The translations under genes were made by a program, and so were the position numbers. A DNA stretch of 32,000 nucleotides. It comes from Cylindrospermopsis raciborskii Cr2010 (lineage in GTDB: Bacteria > Cyanobacteriota > Cyanobacteriia > Cyanobacteriales > Nostocaceae). Of the stretch, positions 1 to 10,317 are shown one piece after another; within the stretch, counting starts at the first letter, position 1; each line of letters opens with the position of its first letter. Location: the NCBI RefSeq assembly GCF_003367075.2, contig NZ_CP065936.1, positions 180,001-212,000 of the forward strand, in the 5' to 3' direction. The notes below the pieces were generated by a model, which worked only from the letters and a program-made list of their open reading frames with translations, was not told the origin of the DNA and ran no database searches.

Positions 1-898
1 TCCACTGCTTGGTGATGGGATCTGAGGTACTGCAATGGCAACTCCCTCATTGCTCGCTGATGTTGGCAAAGGTAACTCAGCCGCATTAGGCAGATTAACT
101 TCCCGGTCAGGGGGAACTAAAGGAGAAATAGCAACTTGGGCAATTCTTTTGGGTGGAATAACAACCGGACTGGTTGGAGTAGGTAGCTCTTGTATACCCG
201 TCCCAGACTTAACTTGAGGAATGATCAGTTTCTGATTGACCCGCAAATCATGAGGATCACTCAGACCATTAGCCTGAATTAGCTCAGTCACAGAAGTTCC
301 ATAGCTACCAGCAATTTCCTCCAATGTATCACCTGGCTTCACCTGGTAGTTAGAAATTTCCTTTGGAGCCACAACTTGGGGAGTTGTCAGTGCTGTCAAG
401 GATTTTTGTTCTGAGAAGTTGTTATTGTTGATACTACTTGATTCTTGTGCCTTTTGAGGCAAGGAATTCAAATTGGTTTTTAAACGTTCCGATTTTTCTT
501 TTAGCTGGTTGAGTGCAAACTCTTGTTGTTCCCTTAGCTGGTCATCAGCAGTATTGTCAACCTCGGTAGGCGCTTCAATACTTTCTGGCACGCTTGCTAA
601 AGTGGGAGTTTGGACATCCAACTTTTCTGCCGTGATTTTTTCCACATCGGTTTCAGTCGTAGCTGAACCTACGAAGGCTGCTTTTTCACTGCCAACTGGG
701 GCTGCTGCTTGCGCTTGGTCGCTTTTTTGGGTGACAAAAAGGCTGGTGGCACCCATAGAAATTGCTAAACCAATCATGGCTGCTCGTGGTATTGCCCGGC
801 AATTACCCTTTTGATTTGTTTCATTCAAGGCAAATTGGAAACTGTCAGAATTATTTTTAACCACAGCGTTTACCCTCTTGTTTAATGCTCGATTCAAA
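1..898 (-). CDS. LysM-domain cell-wall protein, likely M23-type peptidase (N-terminal part; runs off window start)
   Basis: Reverse-strand reading gives VVKNNSDSFQFALNETNQKGNCRAIPRAAMIGLAISMGATSLFVTQ..., later a LysM-like segment (YQVKPGDTLEEIAGSYGTSVTELIQANGLSDPHDLRVNQKLIIP). TTG start at 896-898 with AGGAGG (905-910 complement) 6 nt upstream. The peptidase domain itself is outside the window. Confidence 0.72.
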
Positions 899-1539
899 GA
901 TGACCTCCTATGATCAAACTTCGCTTAACTGATTTTGATCTTTCTTTTAAATGTCCGATGTTAATTCACGATTGGAACTACATCAAACCATAAGTCAAGA
1001 TCACATTCAAGTCACACTTACCAGAGATATTGACCCAAGATTAACCTGTTTCTCTGATTTAGACAAGTTCATAGTTGTTAGTAAATCTTAATTTTTTCTT
1101 GGTCTGCTCTGTTAATACACCTCACAAAATTCAAGATTGTTGCAATCAGGCGGTTTATGTAGTTACTGGGACTACCAAGAAACCATCCCCTTTACATCCT
1201 TAATACCCGGTTTTTTGTTCCCATCCGTTCTACCAATATCAAACTTTATGTCCTTGTTCCCTAAAAAACAACCGTACAAGTTTTTACTAGTTTCCCCACC
1301 TGATAAACCGTGTCTTAGATCACAATTTCCTAAAAGACTTGATGGTACTTACTTTCCACAATTTTACTCTCGAGAAAAAACCCTCTCAACAGGCTAAAAT
1401 CTAGAAATCAACAAGTGCAGGGAAACTAAGTTTGCTATATAAATTTCTTATATGTTGTTACTGCTACATATTACTACCTTCACCCTGAATATTACTGTGT
1501 AGTGGAAAGTCGTCTTTTGGTCATGCCTTCATTTTACTA

Positions 1540-2001
1540 TTATTTTAAATATCCCAACTGTCGTCGTGACTCAAATAAAGCTACAGCTACGCTCACTGAT
1601 AGGTTTAAGCTACGAACACCAGGTTGATCCATAGGAATGTAGAGGGTAGAGTCACAAATATCGAGAATATTTTCCGGTATACCCGTTGTTTCACTGCCAA
1701 ACAATAACCAGTCATCAGGGCGAAATTCGTACTGAATATAGTTAATATTGCCCCTGACGCTGAACCCTAGCAGTCTACCCCCTCTTTGCCGATGGACTTT
1801 GAGGAATGTGTGATATGATTCATGGTAGTTAAGTTTTACATGGGGCCAATAATCTAACCCTGCTCTTTTGAGGTAGCGGTCAGTGATTTCAAATCCTAAA
1901 GGGCCAACTAAATGCAGTTCGGTGGCCGTAGCAGCACAGGTACGGGCAATATTGCCTGTATTGGGGGGAATTTGTGGGTTAATTAAAACTACCTGAGGCA
2001 T
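1540..2001 (-). CDS. trmL: tRNA (cytidine(34)-2'-O)-methyltransferase (SpoU/TrmH superfamily)
   Basis: MPQVVLINPQIPPNTGNIARTCAATATELHLVGPLGF...LLFGSETTGIP...IPMDQPGVRSLNLSVSVAVALFE: classic TrmL motifs and length. Confidence 0.95.
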   Translation of the reverse strand: MPQVVLINPQIPPNTGNIARTCAATATELHLVGPLGFEITDRYLKRAGLDYWPHVKLNYHESYHTFLKVHRQRGGRLLGFSVRGNINYIQYEFRPDDWLLFGSETTGIPENILDICDSTLYIPMDQPGVRSLNLSVSVAVALFESRRQLGYLK

Positions 2002-2092
2002 AAAATCAAAGACAGGTTTTTAAATGGTCAGAAACAGGTTTGGATCCGAATAGTTCGGATAACCTATAGGTTTTTCTTATATCTGGCAACTT

Positions 2093-3253
2093 TTAAGCAA
2101 TTGGGGAGGAACACAATAACTTGCTTTCTAGTTCTTTTTCCCGTTCGTGAGTACTAACTACCGCTTGTTTGATGACTTGCTGAATGTCTATTCCTACTTT
2201 GTGTAATTGTAGCCACTGCTGGGCTTCATTACCTTCCCGTAGTATTTTCTTTAAGGGGGAGAGAAAACAACTAAATCCTTTTTGTTTGGCTATTTTCCAC
2301 ACTTGTTCATACAACTGACTAATCCATTCTCTGGCTATAATAATACTACCATCTTGCCAGTGCTGTAACTTAGCGTCTAAACTGAATTTGGCTGCTGCCA
2401 TTTCGTTTTTATTTGTTAGGGTAATTAAATCATCCAATGAAAATTCGCTCTGTTTGAGTGGATCTATGTTATCATTCTCTATTATTTGTAACAGTCTTGC
2501 CTCTAGTAAAGCAGTAATTGCTAACAAAGAAATGGGATCTGTCACTAAGTCACAAATTCGCAATTCTAATCGGTTCAAATTATAGGGACGGCGATCGCCA
2601 TTAGGTCTAACGGATGTCCATAAATGGCGCACATTCCTCATAGTACCTGCTTCTAACTGAGACTCTACCCAGTTGATATGATGTGTATGACTAGTAAACA
2701 GAGGTACATAATTGGGGGTTTGAGGGAATAGTCCCCATCGTGTGGAATGATAGCCAGTAGCTTGACCATTTAAAAAGGGTGATGAAGCACTCAGTGCTAA
2801 AAATAGAGGAGCCTCTAAACGAATAACTCGACAAGCTCGCATCAAAACTTCCGGATCTGGTATACCAACATTAATATGCACACTAGCAGTTACTACCTTT
2901 GTGCCATAGGTTTGCTCAATGTAATCATGATATGGGTTAGTAATATCAGAGCGATAAAATCGGTCGCCACCTCCCAGGGATAAGGTACTTCCCGGAATTA
3001 GCGTATATTTATTTAATTTATCCAAGTTAGACAAATTATCTAAATACTTTCTTAAGCGTTGTCGAGGAAGCAGGAGGTTGCACAACTGATATTCATAGCT
3101 AGTGGATGGGGGAGTGATATATTCCACATTACGACTATCTGGTTCTCGCATAAAACCTTGTAGTTCTGAAACAATACGATCGGAGAGACCGACAATATCA
3201 CCCTCAGAAGTACCGGTATATATTTCAATTTCAAAGCCTTTTGTTAAGACCAC
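2093..3253 (-). CDS. gshA: glutamate--cysteine ligase, cyanobacterial type
   Basis: MVLTKGFEIEIYTGTSEGDIVGLSDRI...REPDSRNVEYITPPSTSYEYQLCNLLLPRQRLRKYL...GDRFYRSDITNPYHDYIEQTYGTKVVTASVHINVGI; 386 aa. Confidence 0.9.
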   Translation of the reverse strand: MVLTKGFEIEIYTGTSEGDIVGLSDRIVSELQGFMREPDSRNVEYITPPSTSYEYQLCNLLLPRQRLRKYLDNLSNLDKLNKYTLIPGSTLSLGGGDRFYRSDITNPYHDYIEQTYGTKVVTASVHINVGIPDPEVLMRACRVIRLEAPLFLALSASSPFLNGQATGYHSTRWGLFPQTPNYVPLFTSHTHHINWVESQLEAGTMRNVRHLWTSVRPNGDRRPYNLNRLELRICDLVTDPISLLAITALLEARLLQIIENDNIDPLKQSEFSLDDLITLTNKNEMAAAKFSLDAKLQHWQDGSIIIAREWISQLYEQVWKIAKQKGFSCFLSPLKKILREGNEAQQWLQLHKVGIDIQQVIKQAVVSTHEREKELESKLLCSSPIA

Positions 3254-3295
3254 GTTATTTTGCTCCTTGGCTCTTTTAGATAAATTGTATCAAAC

Positions 3296-4138
3296 TTAAC
3301 GATTTTTGTCATCTAAGAGAAAATTAATCGTTTCTTGAGGTAAATCACATAATTCTGACAGAGAAATTCTACCTTCATCTAAAAAATAGCCAACCCTAGT
3401 GGATGCTGCTGGCAAAATTCGCTTACCACTGCGAATCTGTATCTGAAACTTATGCTCTGTGACGTCAAACACCACAAACAGTGATACTAACTTCCAAATC
3501 ATTTGAGTTGGTGGTAAGATTTTAAAACCCGTGACTATTTTCCCCGTCTCTGGTAGATGAAATGACAAATGAGAACTTTGGATAATTTCTTGTATATCTG
3601 TTAAGGTTAATACAGAAGTGTCCAAACTACCATCTTCCAAGTTGAGCAACAAGGACAAGTCTGGTAAATGCCTGGGCACGTCATGATTAAAAGCTTCCGT
3701 CGTCAGAGTAAATTTCCGCTCCAGAATATCTGTATTAGCGTAAATGTGTACATTGTAAGCTGGTTGAGGAACAGTTCCTTTTTCATAGAATAATCTACCT
3801 TCTTGAGTAACCGTGATTGGGGTTTGAAATGCCAAAGTTTGTAGAGATTGAAGAACAGAAATTGTACTGTGGACGAATACAGGGTCTAGAGCCAAAATTG
3901 CTGCCAACTCATCTGGTGTTGGTGCGGGTTTAAATTCTATTGCTGCACGAATAATAAACTCCTCCAAAACATTAAATGGGCGAGATTCCTTAATGGTTAG
4001 CTCTAGGGAATTTTGATACAAACTATAGCGAAATTGACGAGCAGCAAAAACGGACAAATTGGGATTTTTAATTTCAATTTCGCCGACCATGGTTTTCAGA
4101 TAGGGATCAATATTTTTATTCAAAGAAGTGGGAAACAT
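3296..4138 (-). CDS. conserved hypothetical protein, partner of the upstream SF1 helicase, with a winged-helix-like region
   Basis: The ORF track gives 3296-4195, but ATG at 4136-4138 (MFPTSLNKNIDPYL...) is preceded by GGAGGTTTCTTG, a strong SD. It overlaps the helicase stop region by about 23 nt. PAPTPDELAAILALDPVFVHSTISVLQSLQTL...ITVTQEGRLFYEKG resembles a wHTH with a wing. Confidence 0.7.
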   Translation of the reverse strand: MFPTSLNKNIDPYLKTMVGEIEIKNPNLSVFAARQFRYSLYQNSLELTIKESRPFNVLEEFIIRAAIEFKPAPTPDELAAILALDPVFVHSTISVLQSLQTLAFQTPITVTQEGRLFYEKGTVPQPAYNVHIYANTDILERKFTLTTEAFNHDVPRHLPDLSLLLNLEDGSLDTSVLTLTDIQEIIQSSHLSFHLPETGKIVTGFKILPPTQMIWKLVSLFVVFDVTEHKFQIQIRSGKRILPAASTRVGYFLDEGRISLSELCDLPQETINFLLDDKNR

Positions 4139-7100
4139 CAAAGAAACCTCCATGACGACGAACAATATTTGCGACTTGTGAATACATACCACCAACTACA
4201 CCGAGATTTTTGGTAAATAAATCATGACATCCAACAATTATTAGTAATTCTTGAGCGCGAGAAAAAGCGACATTAACCCGTTCTGGTTTTTTGGCAAAGC
4301 CCACATCTCCTCGTTCATTATTTCTTACCATACTCACAATAACCACTGGTCTTTCCATCCCTTGAAACCTATCTACTGTTCCAGTTCTGATATGTAATGA
4401 AGGAAAAAGTTCTGGAGTTAGACGCTCTTCAATTTTTCGTAACTGAGCTCCATAAAATGTGATTACGGCTATTTCCTTCTTGGGTTTTCCATTGGCTATC
4501 TTTTCCCACCAATTATCTTCAAATTGTTGACAGATTTTTTGGATCACGTCTATTTCCGCCATATTAAAAAAAGATGTGCCTAGCTGTTGTTCTTGAAACT
4601 TCTTTTCTTTGGGCATTTTTACCCAAATTAAATGGTCTTTTGGTCGCAGTAGAGTTCCTGCTAAGTTGTGGGCCCGTTTGATATCAGCTTCTAAGATACC
4701 ACATTCCAATTTCCCATGATAAAACTGATTAATTGCTCCCATAATAGTAGGGTGCATTCGATATTGGGTATTTAGCATTTGCTTAATGCTATCATCTGCT
4801 TTTTCAAACTGGAATTTAAATAGAGATTCCTCCACAAATCCAATTTCTTCTCTGGAGTTTTCCATTGTTTGAGCAACTTCCTCAACCGTATCGCTATCAA
4901 TCATGGGTGGTAGTTGGCGATGGTCTCCCACCATAACTAATTTTTTCGCTTTTAATGCGGGAATAAGTAATTCCGGTGGTGTGCATTTACTCACCTCATC
5001 AATAATCACAACATCAAAATATTTGAACTCTTCTGAGAAGTTATAATTTGCAGCTTGCACGCAAGTAATACCAACAACGTTAGCATTATCCAAATAAATT
5101 TGTCGTAGATCGTTGCTGTCTCTCTCAGAGGGTTGACGCAGTTTGGCTACCCAATCCTGGATAAATTGTTGATATTTACTTAGATAATTTTGTTGATTTT
5201 CTAGTTCCTGATGCCAAATATCAAATCTTGTTTTTATCTGATCTAGAAAATCTAAATTTAATAAATCTGTTTCTGGGTTTTTCGGTTTTAGTTTATCTGG
5301 TAGATCTTGTAAATGAATATCCCACCACTTTATTTCTCTGATTAAATCGTGGGGTATATCAGTTCCTAATTTTGTGGACATTTCTTCTAATTGGTCTTTT
5401 GCTTTCTCTAGTTTGCGCCATGATATTTCACAGTTTTGGGTGATTTTGATTAATTCTTCTGGCAATCCTTCTTGAATTTTAGCAAACAGGTCTACAGGAT
5501 TTAGTCCCGACTGCAAATTGTCTAGATTGGTGATGGAATTTTCCCATAGGTTAACCTGCTGGGTAAATTCTGGCTCTCTTTCCCAAATAGTTGCTGGTTT
5601 GGCTAGACATTCTTGGGTAATATTTTTTAATTTCGGAGGCAAATTTTTCTGCTTATATAGTTGTTTTAAAATTACCACAACTTGTTCTAGCTGATTTTTG
5701 ACATTCTCCTTAGATTTATCTACCATAGCTTGAGCTTTGGTAAGTTGTTCCGAATTCACTTTCTGCTGGTCTATAATTTCCCGTGATTCTTCTTTGGGCA
5801 AGTTATTTCTTGAATTATTTAAATTATTTATTTGTGCCTCCGTTTCTTTTTTTAGTTTGAGAATGCATTGCCGAGAATTGGTCAGAACCACATCTATTAA
5901 TTCTTGAGTAATATAATGGGCTGTAGCTTGAGAGCTATTCAATGTGTCTCTACTGTAGGTCTGTTCTAGTTGTACTAACCAGGATTGAGTGCTTTCAACT
6001 AGAATTTGCCTTTGTTTGTTACTCAAAAATTGATACTTCTTAAACCGTTGATAGATTCCTTGCCATTTTTGGCGATCGCCTTTTTGCAAAAGCAGGAAGT
6101 GTTGACTAAAATGTTGTTGTATAAACTCACTAAAATAATACTGTTTTCCCTTGACATTAGAGCATTTAGCACTAACTTCATAGGACATGGCTTTGATTAG
6201 AGCTTGCCATTCTGGTTGTTTTATTTGAGAATTTTTAGGGAGTATTGGCAACTGCAACTGATGGGCAAACATTAATAGTCCTAAAGGTAGATTCAGCATT
6301 TCTTCGGTTAGCAATACCTCAGAGGTTTGGCTATTAACCACTAAATCATAAATATGAGCAGAAGCATTCTTTTTCCATTCTTGAATAGCATCAATAATAT
6401 AGTTAATCTCTCGCTGACGATTCTCCCAGTCTTTGATACTTGTTTGTGCAGTTTTCCCCAAACTGCGATCTTGGGGAGGGAATTGCTTTTGTAATTGTTG
6501 TAAAGTTCCAGAATGCTTGTGAAAAACCTTGACCATTTTCACCAGATCGGCCATGGCCATGGTTCCGTCATAAGCATAACTAAATGTGGCTTGGAATCCC
6601 TCAATTTCCTGAGCTATATTTTCCTGTAACCATAGAGATAAGCTAAATATATCATCTTCAGGACAACTAATTCCTAACTGCTCCATATAATTTTTAGCTT
6701 GGGCCACTTTTTTCTGGAAACTTTTTGATAGATTGCCAGATAGATTATTTTCCACCCCATGGATTCTTATTCGCGATAATGTTTTCCTGATTTCCAAATT
6801 ATGACTGCTAATATTTTTCGTTCTCTTGGGTTGATTGAGAATATTCTCTAAATCAACTATTAGAGATTCCATATCCTGTTTATCCTGAATTAATTGGCTG
6901 TAAACCCTTTCTTCTTCCTCAAAAATACTATCTAGCTTGCTCTTTTCTGCTTTTAATTTTTGCTGTTGATAATTAAACTGCTTTATCGAATTATAATACT
7001 CCCTGAACCGTTCATAATTTGTCAGTAATCCTTGAAGAACCTGGATATTTTCCCAACGCTGATAAAGATTATTTTCACAGTCATGGGCGGTATTTTCTAG

Positions 7101-8492
7101 CCATCTTCCAATTACTTGGTCTTCCAGAAATGGTTGTCCTTCCTCTCCTACCTTTTCTGCTTTTCCTTTTCTCACCGCACGAATAGCTGGACTATGTACT
7201 AGCCGACTTAACGCGTTGTCAACTGCCAAATTAGCTTGGGAGGTAATTAAGGTACGACCACCACGCAAAGCTACTTGATAGCAAATTTCCGCTATCACCG
7301 TGGTTTTACCAGTTCCGGGAGGACCCTGAATCAGAACTAAATCCTCAGCAGAAAGCACCTTTTCCACGGAAGCTTTTTGTCCAGGATTGGCCGCAGGTAA
7401 TAATAAATCCTGAGATTGGAGCTTGATGGTTTTTTCAATTGGTCTTGCTTGGGAAGCATCAAACAGAAAATCTCCTAGATAGGGATTTTGAGTACGACCT
7501 TGTTTTAACTGCTCTAATGCCTTTTCTTTGCGTTGAATCTGTTTAATATCACCAGCAGCATCAAAAAACAAGTATCCCTTTGTTGGTAATTGATAATTTT
7601 CAGTTGCCATATACTCTATCAGATCTTGTTCTAGTCTGATATGAATAATGTTTCTTTCTAAGTCTATCTTTTCAATGGTTCCCAATTGACGACTGGTGCG
7701 ACGGATTTTTTCTGTAGGTATAACATCCGAAAATTTAATCTCCTGGTTTTTTGCTTGTCTTACCCTTTCCCAAAAATTATCCTCATTTATATAGTTCTCT
7801 TCATCTCCATCTAGGGTAGCTGAGTTAATATTAATTTTTAATGCAATTTCTCTTTGCTTTAAATCATAGTAGGAATTCACAAAATTGACACAAAATTGTC
7901 TAGCTTTGGCTACTCGCTCTTCTACTTTTAAGAATGCTTTCCACGCCCGCAATTGCTCTTCCGTGGGAACATGATTTCCACATATTGGCATTTTGACTAT
8001 TTGTGCTAAAGTCTTAGGTGGAATATGTACTGGTTCATAGTGATTAGGAACTAGTTGTAAGTTTAATGGAACAGCATAAGCGTCTTTTTTACCTCTTGCA
8101 ATTGGTAATAAATAAGTAGAGAGAATTTTTAAACCACCGTTACCATTTTTTTGCAGTGCTGCTCTTAAACCTAAAGTCTTGTCAAGTTCTTTTAATCTTT
8201 TTGGTAGTGTAAATTCACTTTCATCTGTAGCTATGATTAAATCTAAAATTTCTTCTTCTGTATCCCTCACATTACCTTGGCGACGAATATAAAACAGGCA
8301 TTTTTGTTTCCCCACGCATTCAAAAATGAGTTCATTAGCTCGGTCTTTTTTTTCTCTAAAGTTTGAATATGATTTAACTCTTTCTTGCCCTTCAAAACTA
8401 CGAATTAACCCATCTATTGTGCAATTTAATAGGCTATATCCCCAGATTTGTGACTGATTGATCTGTGACTGATTTTTGACTGAGTTTGTCAT
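4116..8492 (-). CDS. UPF1/DNA2-NAM7-like SF1 helicase (AAA domain), 1458 aa, with very large insertion
   Basis: Walker A GPPGTGKTT; motif II VVIIDEVSKCTPPELL; motif III VGDHRQLPP; LNTQYRMHPTIMGAINQFYHGKL; VDRFQGMERPVVIVSMVRNN; RVNVAFSRAQELLIIVG. These are the standard UPF1-like SF1 motifs in the right order. Confidence 0.93.
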   Translation of the reverse strand: MTNSVKNQSQINQSQIWGYSLLNCTIDGLIRSFEGQERVKSYSNFREKKDRANELIFECVGKQKCLFYIRRQGNVRDTEEEILDLIIATDESEFTLPKRLKELDKTLGLRAALQKNGNGGLKILSTYLLPIARGKKDAYAVPLNLQLVPNHYEPVHIPPKTLAQIVKMPICGNHVPTEEQLRAWKAFLKVEERVAKARQFCVNFVNSYYDLKQREIALKININSATLDGDEENYINEDNFWERVRQAKNQEIKFSDVIPTEKIRRTSRQLGTIEKIDLERNIIHIRLEQDLIEYMATENYQLPTKGYLFFDAAGDIKQIQRKEKALEQLKQGRTQNPYLGDFLFDASQARPIEKTIKLQSQDLLLPAANPGQKASVEKVLSAEDLVLIQGPPGTGKTTVIAEICYQVALRGGRTLITSQANLAVDNALSRLVHSPAIRAVRKGKAEKVGEEGQPFLEDQVIGRWLENTAHDCENNLYQRWENIQVLQGLLTNYERFREYYNSIKQFNYQQQKLKAEKSKLDSIFEEEERVYSQLIQDKQDMESLIVDLENILNQPKRTKNISSHNLEIRKTLSRIRIHGVENNLSGNLSKSFQKKVAQAKNYMEQLGISCPEDDIFSLSLWLQENIAQEIEGFQATFSYAYDGTMAMADLVKMVKVFHKHSGTLQQLQKQFPPQDRSLGKTAQTSIKDWENRQREINYIIDAIQEWKKNASAHIYDLVVNSQTSEVLLTEEMLNLPLGLLMFAHQLQLPILPKNSQIKQPEWQALIKAMSYEVSAKCSNVKGKQYYFSEFIQQHFSQHFLLLQKGDRQKWQGIYQRFKKYQFLSNKQRQILVESTQSWLVQLEQTYSRDTLNSSQATAHYITQELIDVVLTNSRQCILKLKKETEAQINNLNNSRNNLPKEESREIIDQQKVNSEQLTKAQAMVDKSKENVKNQLEQVVVILKQLYKQKNLPPKLKNITQECLAKPATIWEREPEFTQQVNLWENSITNLDNLQSGLNPVDLFAKIQEGLPEELIKITQNCEISWRKLEKAKDQLEEMSTKLGTDIPHDLIREIKWWDIHLQDLPDKLKPKNPETDLLNLDFLDQIKTRFDIWHQELENQQNYLSKYQQFIQDWVAKLRQPSERDSNDLRQIYLDNANVVGITCVQAANYNFSEEFKYFDVVIIDEVSKCTPPELLIPALKAKKLVMVGDHRQLPPMIDSDTVEEVAQTMENSREEIGFVEESLFKFQFEKADDSIKQMLNTQYRMHPTIMGAINQFYHGKLECGILEADIKRAHNLAGTLLRPKDHLIWVKMPKEKKFQEQQLGTSFFNMAEIDVIQKICQQFEDNWWEKIANGKPKKEIAVITFYGAQLRKIEERLTPELFPSLHIRTGTVDRFQGMERPVVIVSMVRNNERGDVGFAKKPERVNVAFSRAQELLIIVGCHDLFTKNLGVVGGMYSQVANIVRRHGGFFDVSHFFE

Positions 8493-8706
8493 GGATGTTC
8501 CTGATTCTTAATTTCTCTCACAAGTCACTGTTAGTGATTTCTTGTATGAGATGTTAGTTTTGAGTGTTAGTTTTTTCTAAGGATGATTTTAGGTGATTTT
8601 AATTTTCTAAGTCTTCCCCCATAGACAATACTAACATTCCTTAAAGATAATCCAAACAGTATATCATCTTATTCAGGTTTTTATTGAGATTTCCACTCTG
8701 GAATTA

Positions 8707-10152
8707 TCATGGTATGTATACAGATGAAAAATCAGGCACATCCCCCTTGCTAACCATTGCTCTATATAACAAAGCGCAAACCTCCGCCCTCGTCACTAGT
8801 TTTCTAGTGTTTAATAATCTTATGTTTGGGTAATTTACAATTACACCATTTTGTGTAAGAGCAGCAATCAGCTCCCGGTGTTCACTCCTAATCGTAGAAG
8901 CATCTTGGTAAATAGATAATATATCTCTTGTTGAACCGGTGAATTTATAATTCAAGGCTTTTGCTATGGTAGTTAAAACATCTAAACGGGTGAGTTTTTG
9001 GTCGGGACGAAACTTTCTGTTTGCACTAGGGGTCAAAATCCCCATCTGATAAGTTTTCTGGATGGCGTTATGGGCCCAGTGGTTCTTGGGAATGTCTCGA
9101 AATGCGACTTTCCCCCTGATTGTATCTTTAAAAAAGATTTTTGGCAATAGGGTAGCTAGTTGGGCCCGGGTGATGGGAGCATTAGGACGAAATGTGCCAT
9201 CAGGATAACCGTCAATGACCTCCATGGCGGCTAATTCCTCAATATAGTCTTTGGCCCAGTAATTTTGCGGAAGATCGGAAAATCGTACCCGAATTCCCTT
9301 AGCTACTCCCACCTCTCTATATTTAGTTAATAAGTTATTCAGCTGGTACGCACTTTTATTTAGTTGGGTTAGTTGTACTAGGCTACCTGGGGGAGATAGG
9401 ATAGCTTTTGCTAGTTGGGAATCATTAATGCTAATAGTTTTACCAACCAGGGCAAATTGCCCCTGGGTAAAGCTCGCAGGATAGGTACTCGGTTGAGCAA
9501 CTTTGGCAAATCCTGCAGCTTGATAGGGAGTAGGATCGATGTTTTGTGGACTACTGAGGAAGGTAACCTTTTGGTTCCTGATTTCCGTGAAGTAGTCATA
9601 GCTCATGGTTGTGTCTGGATCAACGATCCCATCTTCATCACTGTCAACTCCGTAAAAAACTCTGACTAGGGGATTTGGCGGAGAATTCGCTGGTAAAATC
9701 AGGTTGACTGTGGTGTGGTTCGGTAAACAAGCAAATTCCGTATAACCAACTAGTTGGTTTTGTGTATTATATAGTCTAATTACAATGCGATCGCCCCATT
9801 TAAACCCATTTTCAAATTTAGCTTTCTGCTTAATTTTATATTGATAATCTCCCAAAAATCTTTCTTGGAGATATTTCTCGCCATACTTAGCTTTCAGGGA
9901 TATACGAGCAATAACTGGAGAAATTGTGCCGTTAGGTTGCCAAATATAGAGGGTAAATCCGGATTTTTTCTCCTGTACTGGTTGAGGTGTGGAAATTTCT
10001 ATGGGAACCGACTCCTGTGCCAAAAGTTGCCCATGAGTGGCTGCTGTGGCCAATGACTGAATTGCCCAGTTCTCTATTGGCCACAGATTAATTATATTAA
10101 TTAGGGAGGCAAAAACTAGCCCTTTCAATACCGTTAATTTACTGTTAGTCAT
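8707..10152 (-). CDS. secreted S-layer homology (SLH) domain protein
   Basis: Hydrophobic N-terminal segment, then C-terminal SLH repeats: FSDLPQNYWAKDYIEELAAMEVIDGYPDGTFRPNAPITRAQLATLL, FRDIPKNHWAHNAIQKTYQMGILTPSANRKFRPDQKLTRLDVLTTIA, and a third ending LVTRAEVCALLYRAM. Confidence 0.9.
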   Translation of the reverse strand: MTNSKLTVLKGLVFASLINIINLWPIENWAIQSLATAATHGQLLAQESVPIEISTPQPVQEKKSGFTLYIWQPNGTISPVIARISLKAKYGEKYLQERFLGDYQYKIKQKAKFENGFKWGDRIVIRLYNTQNQLVGYTEFACLPNHTTVNLILPANSPPNPLVRVFYGVDSDEDGIVDPDTTMSYDYFTEIRNQKVTFLSSPQNIDPTPYQAAGFAKVAQPSTYPASFTQGQFALVGKTISINDSQLAKAILSPPGSLVQLTQLNKSAYQLNNLLTKYREVGVAKGIRVRFSDLPQNYWAKDYIEELAAMEVIDGYPDGTFRPNAPITRAQLATLLPKIFFKDTIRGKVAFRDIPKNHWAHNAIQKTYQMGILTPSANRKFRPDQKLTRLDVLTTIAKALNYKFTGSTRDILSIYQDASTIRSEHRELIAALTQNGVIVNYPNIRLLNTRKLVTRAEVCALLYRAMVSKGDVPDFSSVYIP

Positions 10153-10317
10153 TGTTGCTTATTTAACCAAATGATTGATTTTGACACACGGACTATTCTA
10201 ACATTGTATTTTCGGATATTTTCTTGAATCTGCCATGATATTTTTTCCACAATGCCAGGAGGATAAGAAGAAGATTACTATAAAGAAACAATACTTTAGA
10301 AATCTTAACCAATTACC

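Noticed and set aside
473-814. 113-aa plus-strand ORF at the window start
   Set aside because: Antisense to the LysM-protein coding frame, low-complexity Ser/Val-rich composition typical of complementary-strand reading.
1137-1397. 86-aa plus-strand ORF
   Set aside because: No family resemblance, no clear SD, composition looks non-coding; left as unexplained intergenic region.
3296-8492. Assigning the helicase pair to a named antiphage system such as Mokosh
   Set aside because: No kinase or PLD nuclease motif is visible in either protein and neighbours are housekeeping genes, so a named assignment is not justified.
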